The position numbers were made by a program, and so were the translations under genes. Below the pieces are notes generated by a model. It had not been told where the DNA came from, did no database searches, and was given only the letters and a program-made list of their open reading frames with translations. Of a stretch of 64,000 nucleotides of DNA, positions 59,331-64,000 are shown piece by piece. Position 1 is the first letter of the stretch; each line of letters begins with the position of its first letter. Origin of the DNA: Minisyncoccia bacterium (lineage in GTDB: Bacteria; Patescibacteriota; Minisyncoccia; 2-02-FULL-40-12; IGHO2-01-FULL-4-A); the NCBI GenBank assembly GCA_041499075.1, contig JBGQJN010000001.1:10388-74387 (forward strand). The letters run 5' to 3'.

Positions 59331-60467
59331 TTATTGTGCCAACATCTGTTTAATTGTTTGATAGACGGGTTTTTGACTGCCGTCATAACGAAGAATGCCG
59401 AAGAAATTTTCATTTGTACTGTTGCTGGTACCTAAGTCTTTGTAACTGTAGAAGAACAACGGGCCAGCCCAGGAATAGCTGCGAACCAAGTTGATACCGT
59501 CCTGGTAAATAGTAGACTGCAGGCCCTCTGAAACATGATCGGGGTTTTTGCTCAAGTTACTATTGGTAAGCGAGGCTTCCGCGCCCGGTCCGTCTGTCGG
59601 AGCACCGAATTCTGTCATCCAGATTTGCTTACTTGCATCACTGTTTGTGATCATTATACTGCGTAAACTCGGATTAGTCACCGATATCTGCGACCAAGCA
59701 TTTGAGTTAGCCGGTCTTGAGGGAAATGAGTATGGGTGGACCCCAATAGCGTCAAAATAATTTTTGGCGTTATTTTCATATAATTGGGAAATAAAATCTA
59801 CCGGCAGGATATCGCCCCTGGCAGTATTAGCCGGACCGACGCCACCTGTTACCACAAAGGCAGTAGGGTCCTCGCTTTTTATCGCGTTATGGACAGCTTT
59901 AAGAAGATCGGTGTAGTCGGCGGCATCAGGGGAGGGCTCCCAAAATGTTTTCAAATTAGGTTCGTTCCATATTTCCCAATTATGTATGCCTTGTGAAGCA
60001 TAGCGCTGAACGGCGGCGGCGGCAAATGTAGCGAAGGCGGAGTTATCCGCCGGCCGACATTGGGCTGAAAAACAGCCATCTTGACGTGCCCAAGGCGGCG
60101 TATAGTCAAGTATCGGGAGTAACTTAATGTGGCGAATATTGGCAGCCGTCACAAGACGATCAATGGCATTCCAATTAAAACTATCGGCATCATTTGGCTG
60201 AACACTACTCCAATCAATGTCAAAGCGCAGCCAACCGATATTTAGCGACACCAGGTCATCTAACTCCGCGTTTACATCACCCTTACCCCGTGAAAGAATT
60301 GTACCGGTTGATACGCCGAATCTATATGCAACTGGATTTTTTACAACAGTGGTGCCAGGAATTGAAATAATAAAACTACCCGACAAAAAATACCAAATTA
60401 AAAACATCCCGCCTAAAAAAATAACCAGCGATCCTAAAAATAACTTGAAGTGTCCCTTTTTTCTCAT
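59331..60467 (-). CDS. Clan GH-A glycoside hydrolase (GH5/GH39-like), membrane-anchored
   Basis: WEIWNEPN acid/base motif, HPY and WMTEFG nucleophile motif. Confidence 0.88.
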   Translation of the reverse strand: MRKKGHFKLFLGSLVIFLGGMFLIWYFLSGSFIISIPGTTVVKNPVAYRFGVSTGTILSRGKGDVNAELDDLVSLNIGWLRFDIDWSSVQPNDADSFNWNAIDRLVTAANIRHIKLLPILDYTPPWARQDGCFSAQCRPADNSAFATFAAAAVQRYASQGIHNWEIWNEPNLKTFWEPSPDAADYTDLLKAVHNAIKSEDPTAFVVTGGVGPANTARGDILPVDFISQLYENNAKNYFDAIGVHPYSFPSRPANSNAWSQISVTNPSLRSIMITNSDASKQIWMTEFGAPTDGPGAEASLTNSNLSKNPDHVSEGLQSTIYQDGINLVRSYSWAGPLFFYSYKDLGTSNSTNENFFGILRYDGSQKPVYQTIKQMLAQ

Positions 60468-60483
60468 AAATTAATCAGTCCGT

Positions 60484-60708
60484 CTATTCCCTGACGAGAT
60501 TCCAAACAAAGAAGGAGACAAAAGACATCAAAAAACATATGGCACCGAATGTGTCCTCGCGGGGAAATGGCAAGAGGTGCGTCAACGGTAGTTCAAGTGT
60601 TTCCGGATGAGTGGAGGCATTAACTGCAATATAGATCCAACCCAGCAATCCAAAAACAAACAAGGTTAATGAAAGTGAACGAATTATTTTTATATTATCT
60701 ATCCTCAT
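60484..60708 (-). CDS. Small two-TM hypothetical protein
   Basis: Start taken at MRIDNI; two hydrophobic segments. Confidence 0.6.
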   Translation of the reverse strand: MRIDNIKIIRSLSLTLFVFGLLGWIYIAVNASTHPETLELPLTHLLPFPREDTFGAICFLMSFVSFFVWNLVRE

Positions 60709-60712
60709 ATCT

Positions 60713-62782
60713 TTATTGTACCAGCATCTGCTTAATTGTCTGATAGGCAGGTTTTTGACTGCCGTCATATCTTAATACGCCAAAGAAGTTCTCATTGGTG
60801 CTTGAACTGGTACCCAAGTCTTTGTAACTGTAGAAGAATATCGGGCCAGCCCAGGAATAGGTGCGAACCAGGTTAATGGCGTCGCCTATGATTAAGCTTT
60901 GAAGTTCTTCCGTGACATGGTCAGGGCTTGCATCTAGGTTATAATTGGTTGCCGTGGCCAATGCTCCCGGTCCGCCTGTCGGAGCGCCGAATTCTGTCAT
61001 CCAGATTTGCTTGGCTGAATCGCCGTTTGTGATCATTATACTGCGTAAACTCATCGATGTAAGCGACATCTGTGACCAGGCATTCCATGATGCCGAATAT
61101 GATGGCTTAACGGGGTATGAATATGGATGAAACCCAACCTGGTCAAAATATGGCCTAGCCCCGTTCTGATACATCTGGTTGAGATAATTTACCGGTGCAA
61201 TATTGCCGCCGCCTGTGGCAGAAGGTGCCATGCCACCGGATATGACAACTGCCGAAGAGTCTTTATTTTTTATGGCCGGGTAGACTGCTTTAAGTAAGTT
61301 TGTATACTCAAGTGAATCAGCTCCCGAGCTCCAGAATGATGTTGAATTCGGTTCGTTCCATATCTCCCAGTTATGTATGCCCTGCGGAGCATAGCGCTGA
61401 ACGGCAGCGGCAGCAAATGCGGCAAAAGCGGAGTCATCTGCCGGCGGACACCATAAAAAAGAGGAGCAGCTGACAGACCTGGCCCAAGCCGGTGTATCGT
61501 CTAATACGGGAAGTAACTTTATATTGTGGGTGTTAGCCGCTGCGACCAAACTATCTATCACACTCCAATGAAAAGTCGATGCACCGCTAGATTGGATGCT
61601 GTTCCAACTAATATCAAAACGGAGCCACGTAATTCCCAGAGAAGCCATATCACTAAGCCGAGCATTCAATTCGGTACTGGATAGGGAAAGAAATGTTTCA
61701 CCTACCGACATGCCAAAATTATTAGAAATAATAGTTGTCGGGGTTGGAGTCAGCGTTGGTGTTGTCGTAGGCGTTGGAGCCGGAGATGCAGAGACAATAG
61801 TCGAGGGAGTTGGTGTCGGAGTTTTTGTTGGTATGGGTGTTGGGATTACAGTCGGTGTTGAGATAGAGGTTGAACTTGGGGTAGGGATTGGAGTCAAACT
61901 AGGAGTTGGGGCAGGTGTGGAAGTATAGCTTGGGGTTGTCGAAGGCATTGGAGCCGAAGATCCCGATACGGCAGGCGAGGAAGTTGGAGTAGGAGTTGGT
62001 GTTGAATTCGGAACTGGGGTGAGGGTTGGTGTCAGCATTAGGGTAGCTGAAGGTCCTGGGCTTGGGGTTGTCGAAGGAGTTGGGGTCAATTTAGCAGTTG
62101 ATATCGGGGCGGCGTTTACTATTAATCGCGTAGTGCTTAGTTTGTAGCCAACATTACCCTTGTTATCATGAGTTTCAAGACTGTACCACCAAGTACCTTT
62201 AGCCGGAGTATCCTGTAAAACAGAGGCCCAAGAATCCAGATTCGCCGGAACATTAGTAGTCGCCACAGCCGACCAAATACAATCTGATTTCTTACTTGTA
62301 TTACATTTTGATACCGAATATGGAGCATGATTGAGACCCACATAACTTAAATGCGAACCGCCGGAATCGGTGACTGTAAATGATGCTGTCATGGAATCGC
62401 CGGCATTTATACTGCGTGGCTGTATATCAAACAAATTAACCACGGGGACGGTCCCGTCATCGGCCGGTAAAGGAATCGGTGTAGGGCTGGTAGTACCGGC
62501 ATTCTTAGGGATAGAAGCGAGCTGGCTGTCTGCCCCGATATCGATTATAGTCTCATTTATGTTTCCCAGTTTAAAAATTGTGGTTACCGGCGGGAAAAAG
62601 AAAATAACCAAAAACGCTTCGACAACAAAGAGTATCGACAGACCAATAATAAGTTTGAATTTTGATGTTTTGTAGATAATGTTTTTATAATACCGGATTT
62701 TTTTCCTTTTGATATTATGCCAAAAAAATGTATACTTTATTCTTGGCATCACATCATACCATAAATGACGTATTCTCCACAA
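60713..62782 (-). CDS. Clan GH-A glycoside hydrolase with TM anchor and Pro/Thr-rich linker; paralog of 59331-60467
   Basis: (PT)n linker, WEIWNEPN and WMTEFG motifs; start uncertain. Confidence 0.88.
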   Translation of the reverse strand: MWRIRHLWYDVMPRIKYTFFWHNIKRKKIRYYKNIIYKTSKFKLIIGLSILFVVEAFLVIFFFPPVTTIFKLGNINETIIDIGADSQLASIPKNAGTTSPTPIPLPADDGTVPVVNLFDIQPRSINAGDSMTASFTVTDSGGSHLSYVGLNHAPYSVSKCNTSKKSDCIWSAVATTNVPANLDSWASVLQDTPAKGTWWYSLETHDNKGNVGYKLSTTRLIVNAAPISTAKLTPTPSTTPSPGPSATLMLTPTLTPVPNSTPTPTPTSSPAVSGSSAPMPSTTPSYTSTPAPTPSLTPIPTPSSTSISTPTVIPTPIPTKTPTPTPSTIVSASPAPTPTTTPTLTPTPTTIISNNFGMSVGETFLSLSSTELNARLSDMASLGITWLRFDISWNSIQSSGASTFHWSVIDSLVAAANTHNIKLLPVLDDTPAWARSVSCSSFLWCPPADDSAFAAFAAAAVQRYAPQGIHNWEIWNEPNSTSFWSSGADSLEYTNLLKAVYPAIKNKDSSAVVISGGMAPSATGGGNIAPVNYLNQMYQNGARPYFDQVGFHPYSYPVKPSYSASWNAWSQMSLTSMSLRSIMITNGDSAKQIWMTEFGAPTGGPGALATATNYNLDASPDHVTEELQSLIIGDAINLVRTYSWAGPIFFYSYKDLGTSSSTNENFFGVLRYDGSQKPAYQTIKQMLVQ

Positions 62783-64000
62783 AAAAAAATCCGAGATTGG
62801 CTTAAAAGTTTACACAGCGACAGTTTATTCCGTAATTCTTTCTACTTAATGCTAAACACTGGAATACAGGCCATACTTGGCTTTTTTTTCTGGCTGATTT
62901 CCGCTCATCTCTTCACGCCGGCAGAGATCGGAGTGGCGGCTTCTTTTATTTCCGCCATGACGCTTATTTCCTACCTTAGTCTTCTGGGCTTCAATACCAC
63001 GTTCGTTCGCATTCTACCGACTTCCACAAACAGAGACAACGAGATTAACACCGGCCTGTTATTATCCATAAGTGCAGCGCTTATTATAGGAACTGCGTAT
63101 GTTTTACTGGCTCCCCACATCGCGCCCAGCCTTGATATTATTCGTGAAAATATTTTTTATGCTATGGGCTTTATCATACTGGTTGCCTTGGCCACGATAA
63201 ATTTATTGACCGATAGCATTTTTATCGCTCTACGCGCGGCAAAGTATAATCTTTTGATAGACGGCTGGATAATGGGCACCATCAAAATGCTTTTGCCGTT
63301 TGCGTTTGTAGACCTCGGTGCTTACGGTGTGTTTGCCGCATCCAGTTCCGCTGCGGCTATAGCAATGTTCTTAAGTATAGTATTTCTTGTTACAAAATTT
63401 GGTTATAAACCCAGGCTGAATATTAACATGCAAACGCTTCGCAATATGTTTCATTACGCATCCTCTAATTATTTTGCAAATCTTTTAAATATTGCTCCAG
63501 TAATGATTTTGCCGCTAATCGTGATTAACCGTCTTGGTTCCACAGAGGCCGGCTATTATTATTTGGCATTTACGGTAGCCAATTTGCTGTATGCAGTGGT
63601 ATATTCGGTATCGTCATCACTTTTTGCAGAGGGTTCTTATGGCGAGGTTAAGTTAAAAAAATTATTTATACGTTCGTCGTTAATTATTACCGCCATCATC
63701 ATCCCTGTCGGATTGATACTTGCATTCTTTGGTCCATTAATATTACAGTTGTTTGGAAAATCCTATAGCGATGCGGCTTCTCGTGTAATCATCCTCCTAG
63801 CGCTAGCATCGCCGGCCGTTGCCGCCTACACGCTAGGTAATGTGCTATTACGAATCATGCATCGTATATACTCTATAGTTATAGTTAATTTAGTGTATAT
63901 GGTTACTATCAGCGGGCTAGCAATACTTTGGGTTAACCGCGGACTTCCCTGGATAGCGATAGCTTGGATGATAGGAAACGTAGCGGCTGCCGCTACCGGA
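62765..64000 (+). CDS. Wzx-like oligosaccharide flippase; runs off the window edge
   Basis: Manual translation MTYSPQ...LFRNSFYLMLNTGIQAILGFFFWLISAHLF gives many TM helices and a later EAGYYY motif. Confidence 0.8.
   Translation, partial: MTYSPQKKIRDWLKSLHSDSLFRNSFYLMLNTGIQAILGFFFWLISAHLFTPAEIGVAASFISAMTLISYLSLLGFNTTFVRILPTSTNRDNEINTGLLLSISAALIIGTAYVLLAPHIAPSLDIIRENIFYAMGFIILVALATINLLTDSIFIALRAAKYNLLIDGWIMGTIKMLLPFAFVDLGAYGVFAASSSAAAIAMFLSIVFLVTKFGYKPRLNINMQTLRNMFHYASSNYFANLLNIAPVMILPLIVINRLGSTEAGYYYLAFTVANLLYAVVYSVSSSLFAEGSYGEVKLKKLFIRSSLIITAIIIPVGLILAFFGPLILQLFGKSYSDAASRVIILLALASPAVAAYTLGNVLLRIMHRIYSIVIVNLVYMVTISGLAILWVNRGLPWIAIAWMIGNVAAAATG

Noticed and set aside
1-64000. CRISPR array, tRNA/rRNA genes, integrase/transposase, inteins in recA/gyrA/rpoBC, or a second VR
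   Set aside because: I saw no regularly spaced repeats, cloverleafs or recombinase motifs, those proteins are of normal length, and I found no further TR match by eye (not an exhaustive search).

Overview
Chromosomal segment of a reduced-genome bacterium, most likely Patescibacteria/CPR (Parcubacteria-like). This is inferred from the absence of rpmD between rpsE and rplO, a short EF-Ts, a TsaB-like fragment and a cluster of VirB2/TrbC-like pilin-domain proteins. The backbone is housekeeping: rnpB, rnhA, pgk, tpiA, galT, map, adk, secY, the S10/spc ribosomal protein genes, tuf, rpsF-ssb-rpsR, recA, ftsK, rpoBC, tsf-rpsB, gyrA, rpmE and prfA. Four things stand out. (1) A complete diversity-generating retroelement sits between tpiA and pgk. 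Its 131-bp TR/VR pair differs at 26 positions, all TR adenines, with a strong A->G skew, and its avd gene is inverted between TR and RT. (2) Two self-contained antisense cassettes (promoter, RBS, small 2-TM ORF, terminator, structured repeat) interrupt the S10 operon; one of the ORFs is missing from the ORF track. (3) Several families of dispersed, covarying hairpin elements lie at gene ends, and palindromic inserts occur inside rplW, prfA and RNase P RNA. (4) Synonymously recoded duplicates of gene 3' ends (ssb-rpsR, rpsR again, ftsK) flank accessory cargo. All alignments and counts were done by eye and no database searches were run.
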